Below the pieces are notes generated by a model. The model made no database searches. It was not told where the DNA came from and was given only the letters and a program-made list of their open reading frames with translations. A DNA stretch of 64,000 nucleotides from the human T2T-CHM13v2.0 reference genome, Homo sapiens, in NCBI RefSeq assembly GCF_009914755.1, contig NC_060936.1; one strand, written 5' to 3'. The stretch's first letter is position 1. The number at the start of each line of letters is the position of its first letter. Positions 33,032 through 64,000 of this stretch are shown one piece after another. A program made the position numbers and the translations under genes.

Positions 33032-33627
33032 AACGCTCCATTTCTTAAATTAGGTGGTAGGTTCATGAGTTTTCATTATTACACATCAAATGTACTTATA
33101 TGTTACATAAACAAGATTATTGTATAATATGTACTATGAAAAATATGTATGATTTCACAATAAAATATTTAAGAAATTAACAATAAAAACCTTTATTTCA
33201 GAAGAAACAATGGACTACTTAGGATATGCTCTGAAGTAATCTGCCAGGGGAAAGGGTAAAAACAAAATAAAATGGGCCATGTGTTAATTGCTGAAGGTGG
33301 ATAATGAGAACAATGGGGTTTATTATTCTATTCTATTTTTGTCTGCTTGAAATTTTCCATATTAAAAAGTGAAAATAAGGGTGAAGCCTCCATTTAGCAG
33401 ATCAAAATATCACAAATGAAGTCACTTTAATTCTCATTCCAATTCAAGGATCCTAATGCATGTAAACTATCCTTTCTATCTACAGTTCTCGCAAACCCTG
33501 GCTAATGCGTTATTCTACCTACTGTATCCATTCAAATCATGAGTGAGAAATCAGACAAGGGCAAACAGTCAGAAATATCCAAAATTTTCAGCTCAAGTTT
33601 AAAAACAATGAAAAGAAAGAAACATAC

Positions 33628-33766
33628 GTCGGTGCATCTCCCGGTAAAGGATAGTCAGTGCCTGCAGTGAGTTGTCATCTGTGGGTTCAAGGGCTGCCAC
33701 CTCCTGTGCAAGAGTAAAGGCTTCCTCTTGCTTTCCAGTTCTCTGTAAACCAATTGCCTTTAAAAC
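33628..33766 (-). CDS. NAA25: NAA25 exon 3 (139 nt, VLKAIGLQRTGKQEEAFTLAQEVAALEPTDDNSLQALTILYREMHR)
   Basis: Acceptor ATCAG, donor C|GTATGT; phase 0 to 1; TPR-like helical region. Confidence 0.97.
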
Positions 33767-33887
33767 CTGATAGCAACAAAAGAAAAATCAGTTTTTAAAA
33801 AGACAGAAAAGGAAATATGAACCAAAGAAAGCCGATCTGAAAGAACAAGTATTAAGTTATGCCTAGGTTGCTGATATACTAGTTTCA

Positions 33888-38535
<4,648 letters not shown>

Positions 38536-39060
38536 AAGAAATGAACTATCAAGCACAAAAGACAGAGAGAAAGAAAAAAAAAGACATGGAGGAAGCCTTA
38601 TATTCATATTGCTAAGGGAAAAAAACCCAATCTGAAAAGGCTATATACTATATAACTCCTACATGGCATTCTGGAAAAGGTGAAAAACTATACAGATAGT
38701 AAAATCATCAGTGGTTGACAGAGGATGGAGGTTGGGATGGATAGGTGGAGCACAGGGGATTTTTAGGGCACTGAAACATTCTATATAATACTGTAATGGT
38801 GGATATAGGTCTTCATACATTTGTCAAACCCAGAGAATACACAACACAAAGAATGAAGCCTAAACTATTTACGGATTTTAATTAACAATTATGTATCATG
38901 TTGGCTCAGCAATGGTAACAAACGTATATGAATCCAAGTTGTTAATAATAAGGGAAACCATGGGGATGGGGAGAGGGAGTATTTGGGAACTCTGTACTTT
39001 CTACTCATTTTTCTGTAAACCATAAAGCAGTTTTATGCTCTAAAAACAGTCTATTAATTC
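38536..39060 (+). mobile_element. L1MC-like 3' UTR fragment
   Basis: CCAATCTGAAAAGGCTATATACT...CATTCTGGAAAAGG...ATCAGTGGTTGACAGAGG...GGAACTCTGTACTTTCTACTCATTTTTCTGTAAACC. Confidence 0.75.
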
Positions 39061-40228
39061 TTTTAAAAAGTCTAACAAAAGCAAAGATTCATTTCTAGAG
39101 AAGAAAAATGAGAAGTGTTATAAATGGGAAAACAGTACAGTAGCTGTCAATTCTAAATATACAATGATGACTGAACACAGGCCAGTTCACAATCCTCTAC
39201 CACTACCAGGTTCCTCTTTGCTCATCAAAGTTCCCTATCAGCAAAGGCACAGACAACTTAAAATAATCTATGACCCTGGTGGCTCAGAGTGTCCCACAGA
39301 ACAGAAATAAACTTTCATTTTACTATACTAAATTTTTCTGCAATTAACACTTAACTAAAACTTAGTCTCATGAATGCATGAGTTCAATGCACTTAATGCA
39401 CTTAATATTGATGAGCACCAATAATGCTAGGTAAAAAGATAAGAAGCCTTACTCTGTAGGAAATCACAATTTAGAGAGGAAGGCCAAAGACCTAATATTC
39501 TGGAGAGGCATTGGAGAATCACAGATATCTAAAAGCACATAATCTTGGCCTAAATACCTAAACATCTAATACCAGTTTTCTTAAATCCTTAGCTGAACTG
39601 ACAGGCCATCATTTGTCCTTATAAACTATCTGACAAAGATAAACCAGCTCAATAAACGACACCCTCTCTTCCTCATAACTTGATGCTGATCTCATTCTGA
39701 GTCAGTTCTAAGTCATTGCTGACTCAGTGGTCCTGCAAGGTTCCAGGTTCATAGAACCTATCTTGAAGCCTTCTCAAAGGGTAAACATCTTTGATGAGAC
39801 CCATCTCTGAAGGTCTGCCCATAAATGGATCAGACCAGAGGTTAGGACTATAAGGGTATTTTTCCCTTCCCCTCTGTAGTTGACGAGGTTCTGATATAAT
39901 GTACCTACTTGCCCATGCCCTCTTGTCTGGAAATGGTTTCCAGTGCCCCTGCTGAAGGGGTAGGACTAGATGACCATGTCTAGACCATGTAACTGCAGCC
40001 CACCCCAGGTTGGACATTTGATCCAAGCTGGGTAAATCAGGTTTCTTCCTGGTACTCTCTAACTATAAAACTGAAAGCCAGAGTCAGTAAGTTACAAGGA
40101 ACCTCAGGTGGAAAATCTTAAAAATTTTAAGTCTGAGTTTACCAGTGGCAGCTCCAGAATTTCTATTTTGAAGGCACTTTCGGGGATGCAAGTTGATTGA
40201 TGTGCAGCAAAGAAAAAGAGTTGTCTCG

Positions 40229-48220
<7,992 letters not shown>

Positions 48221-49469
48221 ACGAAAGAAGGCACTGGGGCTTACCAAGTCACACAAGAGTACAAAATCTGCTGGGAACTACGTAGCAAAAGAGAATAATT
48301 TTAGCAAAAGGAGACCAAATAATCAAGTATGGGTTCCAGTAAGGTCATGGGTGGAGGTTTTCAAAAACGAAAAATGCAATACCCAAACTTATTAGTAATG
48401 TGAGATGCACTGGGAAGATGTTTCAAATCTATGCACACAGAAAAGCTATTCCAACCCTAGACACCACCAGTAAAATTTCAACCCACCACAATTTATCACC
48501 ACATAGCCCTGTCCACATATACCCTCAATGAATTCCAGCAAGAGCTGAGGCCCCAAGCAAGGTTTCCAACACAATTGTAAAATAAATCCTGAAACCTTGG
48601 CAGTACAAATACTGTTGTACAAAGACAGTGATGCTACTGAATCTGAACTTGGTGAAGAGCTGAGCTCTCAGTGAGAATGTCTATGTTCAAATCCCAGCTC
48701 TACAACTTGGTAGCTACAACCTTGAGCAAGTTAATCTCTAGGCTTCAGTTTGATCACAATAATCTTACCTACCTAATAGGGCAGTCAGCCCACCAGTAAA
48801 CACTAATTAATGCTGATAGTTGTTGAATTTTTGGCTGGTGGGCAAGTACCACCATAGATGAGTTTGTTCATTTGTCAGAATGTCTGAATTCAAGGAACCA
48901 TGGTTGTTTGGGGGTAGTAATGTATTTAAACAACAAAAGTGTGGAGTTCAAAAGTCAAATGTGCTTAAGTGCTGAATTCACGGACAGTCTGTACCGTTCT
49001 TTTCCTAGTCCTGCCAGTTTATACTAATCGCCTTAGAATTACTGAAGAAAGCCTCTTCTAATCCTCTTCCCATGTACATGTTACAAAAGCTACATAATTC
49101 TGACTTCAGTTTTGAGAATATAACTTGTTAATATATCCTGATGTTTAGTGATGTGAAATGGACATGGTGTTTCCCATTAGACAGTCAAAACACTATTAAT
49201 TCTAAATAACTATGGGACCAAAGAAATTCTCTTTGGTCCTCAAGAACAATTTTAAAAATCAAATTATTCTTGAAAGTATTGAGTGTTTTTAGTTTAAAAA
49301 AAAAAAAGTCTGCAGGCAGCTGCTGCACAAAGCTGTAATGAGTCACAAACTATGAACCCTGGATTCAGTTCTCACCTTCCATCACCCACCTTGTATATAT
49401 ATCTCTGCCCTCTGAAAATATACACTGGAGGGCAAGGGCATGAGAATATGCAGCCCCGGGGAAATAGGA

Positions 49470-50470
<1,001 letters not shown>

Positions 50471-51619
50471 AGTAAAAAAAAAAATCACACAAATTATGAA
50501 ATAAAAGCCGGACTAACTGTGGCCAGAAACAAAGTTAACCACCGCCCCCCGCTCCCAAAACGATTCCCACCTTGGAGAGAAGCCTCCAATTTAGTAACAT
50601 CCACATGAGGTCTATAAATACGATGTCTACTTTTGTAAAAACCACTGACCTTGAAGCTTCCTCACCATTAAGTGAGATAGACCAAGACCATAAAACCATC
50701 TAAGAGGAAAGGAAATGCAAAAAGGACCAATCCAATTACACATTTCGGTTATTGGAAAAGGGTTTCTCCCAAACTCAAAATCTGTGATTTTTCACTACCA
50801 GGGTAAATGGATGAGATGACATCAAGGTCTTCAAGTCTGCGGGTTGAGGTAAGAGTTGTGGAGAGGGATCTGCTTAGCACAGGGAAGGAAAGCTGCAGAG
50901 AAAACCACAGAGAAGCTGCAGAAAGGAGAAGCCCTCCAGTAGCTCTGCATGCCCCTCTGACACGAGCTATCACAATCTCTTCACCGCTATTTTAGGCCCA
51001 AGACCCCCTCCCCCCGCCTCCCACGTGTGACCAGAGTAGCTGCTTCTCCACCCAACAGCTCTGGATTGGGAGCCTGGAATCTCGGGCCTGCTCCTGACTC
51101 GATCTGGGTGACCTTGCGTCAGCCCCTTCCCCACTCCGGACCTCAGTTTCTCCTATGCACCGAAGCCCACCTAGTCAGACAACCCTCTAGGCCCAATTCC
51201 CGTAAATAAAAAAAAATCTCTGGTAGGGAATCTTCCCTCAGGCAGGGCGTCCCACCCTCGTGCCGGAGCCGGCTTCCACCTTCGGGGAGATCTCCGGTCT
51301 CCCTAGGAGCGGCGGTAACGATGCAGCCTGCGGGTAGCGCAGGTGTCTGCAGAACCACGCGTCCCACGGGGCCTGCCAAGCAGGCCAGCTCTGCCGACCA
51401 GCTGCTGCCCAGACCGCGCCACTACCACCCCAAGGCTGAGGAAGGTTGGGCCGGCGCCTACGCGAGGCCCGCGGCTGCGGCCTAGTGGCCCGCGCGGCCC
51501 GCCCCCCTGCGCCTGCCCGGCCCGCGCGCCGGCCCTCAGCACCCCTCCTGGGCTTTCGCCCCAGCCTCGGCAGCCCTCGGCGCGTCGGGCTGGCGAGCGG
51601 GCTGGTCCAAGACACTCAC

Positions 51620-51677
51620 CGTAAATGGGCCGGAGGCGCCTGTCGTTAGGGTCCTGCACATGGCCCCGCGTCGCCAT
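51620..51677 (-). CDS. NAA25: NAA25 coding exon 1 (58 nt, MATRGHVQDPNDRRLRPIY)
   Basis: ATG in strong context (ATCATGG) inside CpG island; donor G|GTGAGT. Confidence 0.97.
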
Positions 51678-51699
51678 GATGACAAGCGCAGAACCACAG

Positions 51700-51710
51700 T
51701 GCGCACGCGC
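51700..51710. promoter_or_regulatory. NRF1-like motif TGCGCACGCGC (second copy GCGCCTGCGC at 51796-51805 next to GGAA cores)
   Basis: Match to the GCGCNNGCGC NRF1 consensus just upstream of the ATG, typical of housekeeping promoters; binding not shown. Confidence 0.55.
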
Positions 51711-52140
51711 GGGGCAGGACCCCGGGAAAGGGCTATTAAAGGGCCAGCGTCGATCTCGCTTGTCTATCACGATAGTCGCGGTGCTGCGACTGAACGCGCC
51801 TGCGCGGAAAGGGAAGCATCCACCCTTGCCGATTGCCACCTCTTTAAACGCTGTTCCTTCACTTAGCAGGTGGGATCAAGCTGGCAAGAGGAGGCAGCTG
51901 TTGCTGTTAAAGTCTTCCGAGTCACTGACTGGGAAGTTAGGAGAGGAGGGGAGAAAGCTCTCAAAGTTAGGGTTCGGCTGCTCCTGTTTATCCTATTTAT
52001 TCTCCGTCCTGAAGAACCAGCTAGACTTGGCTGTGATTAATCGCAGAGGAACCAGAAACTCCCGGGGGAGAGAGACCCAGGGGAAAGTTGGGGAAGCGGG
52101 GCTGATCAACAGCAAAAATCTGCCAAAAAAGTTCGAGAGA

Positions 52141-52441
52141 GCCGGGCGCTGTGGCTCAGCCTGTAATCCCAGCACTTTGGGAGGCCGAGGCGGGCGGATC
52201 ACAAGGTCAGGAGATCGAGACCATCCTGGCTAACACGGTGAAACCCCATCTCTACTAAAAATACAAAAAAAGTTAGCGGGGCGTAGTGGCGGGCGCCTGT
52301 AGTCCCAGCTACTCATGAGGCTGAGGCAGGAGAATGGCGTGAACCCAGGAGGCGGAGCTTGCAGTAAGCCGAGATCGCGCCACTGCACCCCAGCCTGGGC
52401 GACAGAGCGAGACTCCATCTCAAAAAAAAAAAAAAAAAAAG
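52141..52441 (+). mobile_element. Full-length AluY just upstream of promoter
   Basis: AluY diagnostics (CCATCCTGGCTAACACGG, GAATGGCGTGAACC, GGAGCTTGCAG); CpG-rich; TSD AAAAAAGTTCGAGAG on both flanks. Confidence 0.88.
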
Positions 52442-52468
52442 AAAAAAGTTCGAGAGCCCTCCACCACC

Positions 52469-53392
<924 letters not shown>

Positions 53393-53809
53393 CACCCTTC
53401 TCCCAGGACTCAGCCAACAAAGAAGCATCCTAGATGAATACTTACTCGGTATCTGCCTAGAGTATTTAAATGCAAGGTCTTTACATTTATTCTCTCATTT
53501 AATTTTCATAACTGTCATCGTATTTCCCTGGGAGGTAGATCTTATTATTACCTCTCTTTTTACAGATAGATTTATTCGTACAACACTGAGTTATTGAGTG
53601 CCTATTATTTGACACACTCTTGTTTTAGGCACAGAGGATACATCAATAAATAAAATAGACAGAGACTTAATGGAGTTTTTATTTGTAGTGAGGGAGACAG
53701 ACAATAAATAAGTAGATAGCCTATTACATGGTGATAAATGCTACTGAGAAAAATAAAGCAGGAAAGGGGGGCAGTGAGAGAGGGAGGTAATTTTAAATAG
53801 TGTGGTAAG

Positions 53810-55157
<1,348 letters not shown>

Positions 55158-55189
55158 GACTCCCGGGATGAAGTTATCAGGCAAAGTAC

Positions 55190-55289
55190 AACAAAATATT
55201 TGAGACATACATACATACATTCACTGTTTATCTTAAATTCAAATTTAACTGGGTGTCCTGTATTTTTATTTGCTAAATCGGGCAACCCT
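55190..55289. mobile_element. MER53-like DNA transposon fragment (one arm)
   Basis: TTTATCTTAAATTCAAATTTAACTGGGTGTCCTGTATTTTTATTTGCTAAATCGGGCAACCCT resembles the recalled MER53 arm. Confidence 0.7.
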
Positions 55290-56175
55290 GCGCTAGGGGA
55301 AACTCCATGCCCCCCAAATCATGCTAAGCAGCAACAATGAAGGGCAGATGCCTCAGGCAAGCTGACCCTAGGATCACTCAGAGATGGTGTGTGACCCTGC
55401 TGAGGTTGGGCTAGGACAGGGAAAAGGAGGGAGGAGAGCTGGGGTTCACCTTTGGTGCAAGTGAAAGAGATGATGAGTCACCTGAGATTTAAGAATTTCC
55501 CAGGAATGGAAAAATACAGCACCTTTAAGGGGAGCACATATGAGGCTCCTAACCAAGGCTCGGGTTACTCAGCCATGTTCTTACGCTACCTTTGTTGGCC
55601 TGGCCCCAGAGGAATGCTGATAGACTTGGCACCCAGCTCCCTGAACTTGGCAAGACCAGGGCATCATATGGATCTACCTAGCAGAGGCTTCTAGAGTCTT
55701 AGGTCACCATCCTTAGTGGGATATATTTCCCTCCACTCTGAAAGACTGCTTAGCATCCAACTAGGATTAATTGGTTGTTCTCTTTTCCCATTCCTACTGC
55801 TTGTCCTCAGAACCTAAGAATGAAGCAGTGACTCGCTAGGCTCTGGGCCTGTCCTTACCTGCCGCTGGGAGGCAGCTTGCACACCCTTTGGCAGGCCTGA
55901 ATCTTTTCGGGTAACAAGATGACCTCTGAGGAAGCCAAAAGCCCATCCTTGCTGTACAATTCAGAACTTGGAGCTCTTAGCGATGACATTATGGAAAAGT
56001 GCTTGGTATACAGCAGGTGCTCATTAAGTAGTGTTTTCCATTTTCTCAACTTAGAGGAGGGGCATACAGTCTTCATTTGGTAACATTTTCTCTAGTGAGA
56101 AACATTCTCCCTGGCCGGGTGTGGTGGCTCATACCTGTAATCTCAGCGCTTTGGGAGGCTGAGGCAGGTGGATCA

Positions 56176-56713
<538 letters not shown>

Positions 56714-57294
56714 CTATCTCGGCTCACTGCAAGCTCCGCCTCCCAGGTTCTCGAGTAGTTGAGACTACAGGCGCCCGCCACCACGCCCGGCTAATTTTTT
56801 GTATTTTTAGTAGGGACGGGGTTTCACAGTGTTAGCCAGGATGGTCTGGATCCTCCCGACCTCATGATCCGCCTGCCTCGGCCTCCCAAAGTGCTGGGAT
56901 TACAGGCGTGAGCCACCGCGCCCAGCCTATGGTTTTATTTTTAACACGTAAATATTTGATCCATTTGGTATTTATTTCCATATGAATAATAAGGTAGTCT
57001 TTCGGCCAAGCGTGGTAGTTCACACTAATCCCAATACTTTGGGAGGCCAAGATGGGCAGATCACTTGAGGTCAGGAGTTCGAGACCAGCCTGGCCAACAT
57101 GGTGAAACCCAGTCTGTACTGAAGATACAAAAATTAGCCGAGCGAGGTGGTACGTGCCTGTATTCCCAGCTACTCAGGAGGCTGAGGCAGGAGAATCACT
57201 TGAATCTAGGAGGAGGAAGTTGCAGTGAGCTGAGATCTCACCATTGCACTCCAGCCTGGGCGACAGAGCAAGACTCCCTCTCAAAATAAACAAA

Positions 57295-57326
<32 letters not shown>

Positions 57327-57414
57327 ATGTCAGGTGCGGTAGCTCATGCCTGTAATCCCAGCACTTTGGGAGGCCGAGGTGGGCAGATTGCCTGAGCTCA
57401 GGAGATGACAACTA

Positions 57415-57667
<253 letters not shown>

Positions 57668-57897
57668 CTATCTATAGTGGTCATATAAATATATATAGTA
57701 GCTGTATAAATATATAAAGGGAATATATATATACATATATATACACATGTATATATTTTTGTTTTGTTTTGTTTTGTTTTTGCCGGGTGCGGTGGCTCGC
57801 AGGCTGGGCGCAGTGGGTCACACCTGTAATCCCAACAATTTGGGAGGCCAGGGTGGGCGGATCACTTGAGGTCAGGAGTTCAAGACCAGTCTGGCTA

Positions 57898-58140
<243 letters not shown>

Positions 58141-60270
58141 GGTAGAGACAGGTTCTTGAACACCTGGCTTCAAGCAATCCTCCCACCTCGGCCTCTCAAA
58201 GCCAAGGGAGCCACCATGCCTGACCTCAACCCCTATTTATTGAATAGTCCATCTTTTTCACAAAGCACCCAATGCCATCATTATCATATATTAAATTTCC
58301 ATATGCATTTCTGGCTAGTCATGGAACAGTCTCTAGTCTCTATTCAAGGGCAGGTCAACACCGGAGTCTGCAGAGTTGGCTGGATTATCTGATCTGAGTC
58401 TGGGCTTGCTCTATACAGCCTCTGAACTACTCAACTCTTGGGAGAACATTGTCAGCTGCATTTGGGCTACTGGATGCTAAGAATGAGGCCCTTGATTTGG
58501 AATGAAGTCACCTTGAGGGGGTAGTGCTGCTTTGTGGCCAGTTCCCTGAGAAAGCGTATGAGATAAGGAATTAAAACCACCCAGGAAATTTTTTAAATAA
58601 TTCTAAAATTTATATGAAAATAGTAATGACCTAGAATAGCCAAAATGGCAAGGCCAGTTGCAATGGCTCACATCTGTAATCCCAGTACTTTGGGAGGCCA
58701 AGGTAGGACGATTGCTTGAGTTCAAGACCAGCCTGGGCAACATAGCAAGACCCCCATCTCTACAAAACTAAAAAAATTAGCTGGAAGTGGTGGTGCACCC
58801 TTGTGGTCCCAGCTACTCTGGAGTGTGAGGCGGGAGGATTGCTTGATCCAGCCAGGAGTTTGAGGCTGCAGTGGGCTATGACCCTTTCTCAAAATAAATA
58901 AATAAATAAAGCCACATTCGTTAAGACTGTGGAGAAATAGCATAAGGATAAACAGGTAGATGTGTAGAACAGAGAGCCCAGAAATAGATTCTATACATAT
59001 GGTCACTTGATTTATGACAAAGGCCCAAGTGAAATTCAGTGGAGAAAAGATTTTTTCTCCCAGTAAATGGAACCATAGGTTATGTTTTTATTTATTTATT
59101 TGGTCTGTTTGTGAGGCAAGGTCTCACTTTGTCACCCAGGAGGGAGTGCAGTCACACAATCACAGCTCACTGCAGCCTTGAACTCCTGGGCTCAAGCGAT
59201 CCTCCTCCCTCAGTCTCCCGAGTAGCTGGGACTACAAACACACATCAGAATGCCCAGCTAATTTTTTCACTTTTTTGTAGAGGCAGGGGTCTTGCTATGT
59301 TACTCAGGCTAGTCTTAAACTCCTGGGCTCAAGCAATCCTCCCACCTTTGCCTTCCAAAGTGCTGGGATTATATATATGTGTGAGCCACTGTGCCCGGCC
59401 TCACACCTTAGGCAGTGTTGGGGGAGAGAACTGAGTGAGGGCTTTTCCTGGGAAATCAGACTAAAACAAAGTGATCCTAACTCTCCTCCTCTAGACACTA
59501 GGAGGGTCTCTGCAGGTGTCTGTGGGTTGAAGCTGCCCGGGGAAGGCAGCGGTGGCCCCTGGGAACTCTGCCTGGCAAACAGGCAGCCTGGAAAATGTCC
59601 CAGCATGCTCTGAGGCCTCTGGTCCAATCCCAGTCCTCCTCATGAATATGTATGAGTCCCCAGTTATCAGCTGCGGCTCTGAGCCTCTTCCTCCCTGCTC
59701 AACCCCCCACCGCTCTCTTCCCCACACAAACATCCCTCACCCTTCCTCTTCTCCTTGATAACTGTCAACATCTCTTGCTCCTTGCTTCAGAACTGATGAA
59801 ATAATGTGAACATTTCAGGGCCTGAGGACATATCTAGAGTGTTTCAGGGCCTGGCACCTTGATTAGGAAACTGGCTTTTAGCAGTAGTTTCACAAATAAT
59901 TCTCCAGTTAGAGATGAATATACTTGTGACTATGTGCCAATAATAATAATAATAATAAAATCAGATGAATGTCTAAAGCCCGCCTTGGAAGACCTAACTC
60001 CATCTAGAAAATAAAAGTGCGTGATGTCCTTCTGTGGCAGACACTGTCCTTTGCTCTTGCTTCCCTAATAGCTCCCTCCCTGGTTACTCCCCTGTTATTC
60101 CCTGGTTACTTCCCCTCCCAGTGTGTCAATTATCTAAGCCTCTTTGAGTAATCAGATGGCCAGCTAATGAGTGAGTGCCTGAGTCACCCTGGGGCCACTG
60201 AAAAATAAAAAAAGATGGAATTCCAAAACTTGTAGGTAGAAATTAAAAGACTGCATTGTTTTGGTTTTTA

Positions 60271-63740
<3,470 letters not shown>

Positions 63741-64000
63741 CAAATTGAAAACAAAACAAAACAAAATAATAGTAGTTTCCTACCAGAGGTGTCTGAGAAG
63801 ATGGGCAGAGAGGGAGAAGATATTTGGGATCGGGTGCTTGTTGGGATGCCAGGGAGCAAGGGACTTACTGCCAGAGTCGCCTCTTGGTGCACCCAAAAAA
63901 GTACCAGGAAGATGAACAGGAAGGGGCCTCAAAAGACAGAGGGAGCTGGCGAAGGGCTGAGAGAAGTGCAAAGGATGGAATGCTACAGGGTAGAAAGGAA

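Larger units (their letters stand above)
51150..51850. promoter_or_regulatory. NAA25: CpG island / NAA25 promoter and 5' UTR
   Basis: Only CpG-dense non-Alu stretch in the window; spans exon 1 and the start of intron 1; boundaries approximate. Confidence 0.9.

Noticed and set aside
51238-51649. Arg/Gly/Pro-rich ORFs in the CpG island
   Set aside because: Compositional artefacts of the GC-rich start of intron 1
51625-52233. 202-aa plus-strand ORF antisense/divergent to NAA25 exon 1
   Set aside because: It spans GC-rich promoter DNA and ends in AluY sequence, has no recognisable domain, and is expected by chance in a CpG island

Overview
Human (primate) genomic DNA holding the 5' half of NAA25, the NatB N-terminal acetyltransferase auxiliary subunit (MDM20 homolog), on the minus strand. 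I traced coding exons 1-13 by hand (ATG at 51677, exon 13 ending at 3166). All have GT-AG boundaries and consistent phases, giving 1447 nt (482 codons + 1 nt). The gene continues past the window start. A CpG-island promoter lies at about 51150-51850, followed by about 12 kb of upstream intergenic DNA. The window is extremely Alu-rich (roughly 110 Alu segments by hand count, about three quarters on the + strand, i.e. antisense to NAA25), and almost all ORF-track entries are Alu translations. Also present: a Y1 RNA retropseudogene, a MER39-like solo LTR with a 4-bp TSD just upstream of the promoter, MER1B/MER53, L1/L2/MIR fragments and microsatellites. I find no evidence for a new multi-gene system. 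The best leads are local structural oddities: a perfect 56-bp AT palindrome, an almost spacer-less inverted Alu pair, a chimeric 137-bp Alu duplication, a fold-back insertion, a candidate in-frame microexon and a competing NMD-causing splice donor. Repeat family names and gene identity are from recall, not a database search. Repeat boundaries are approximate.
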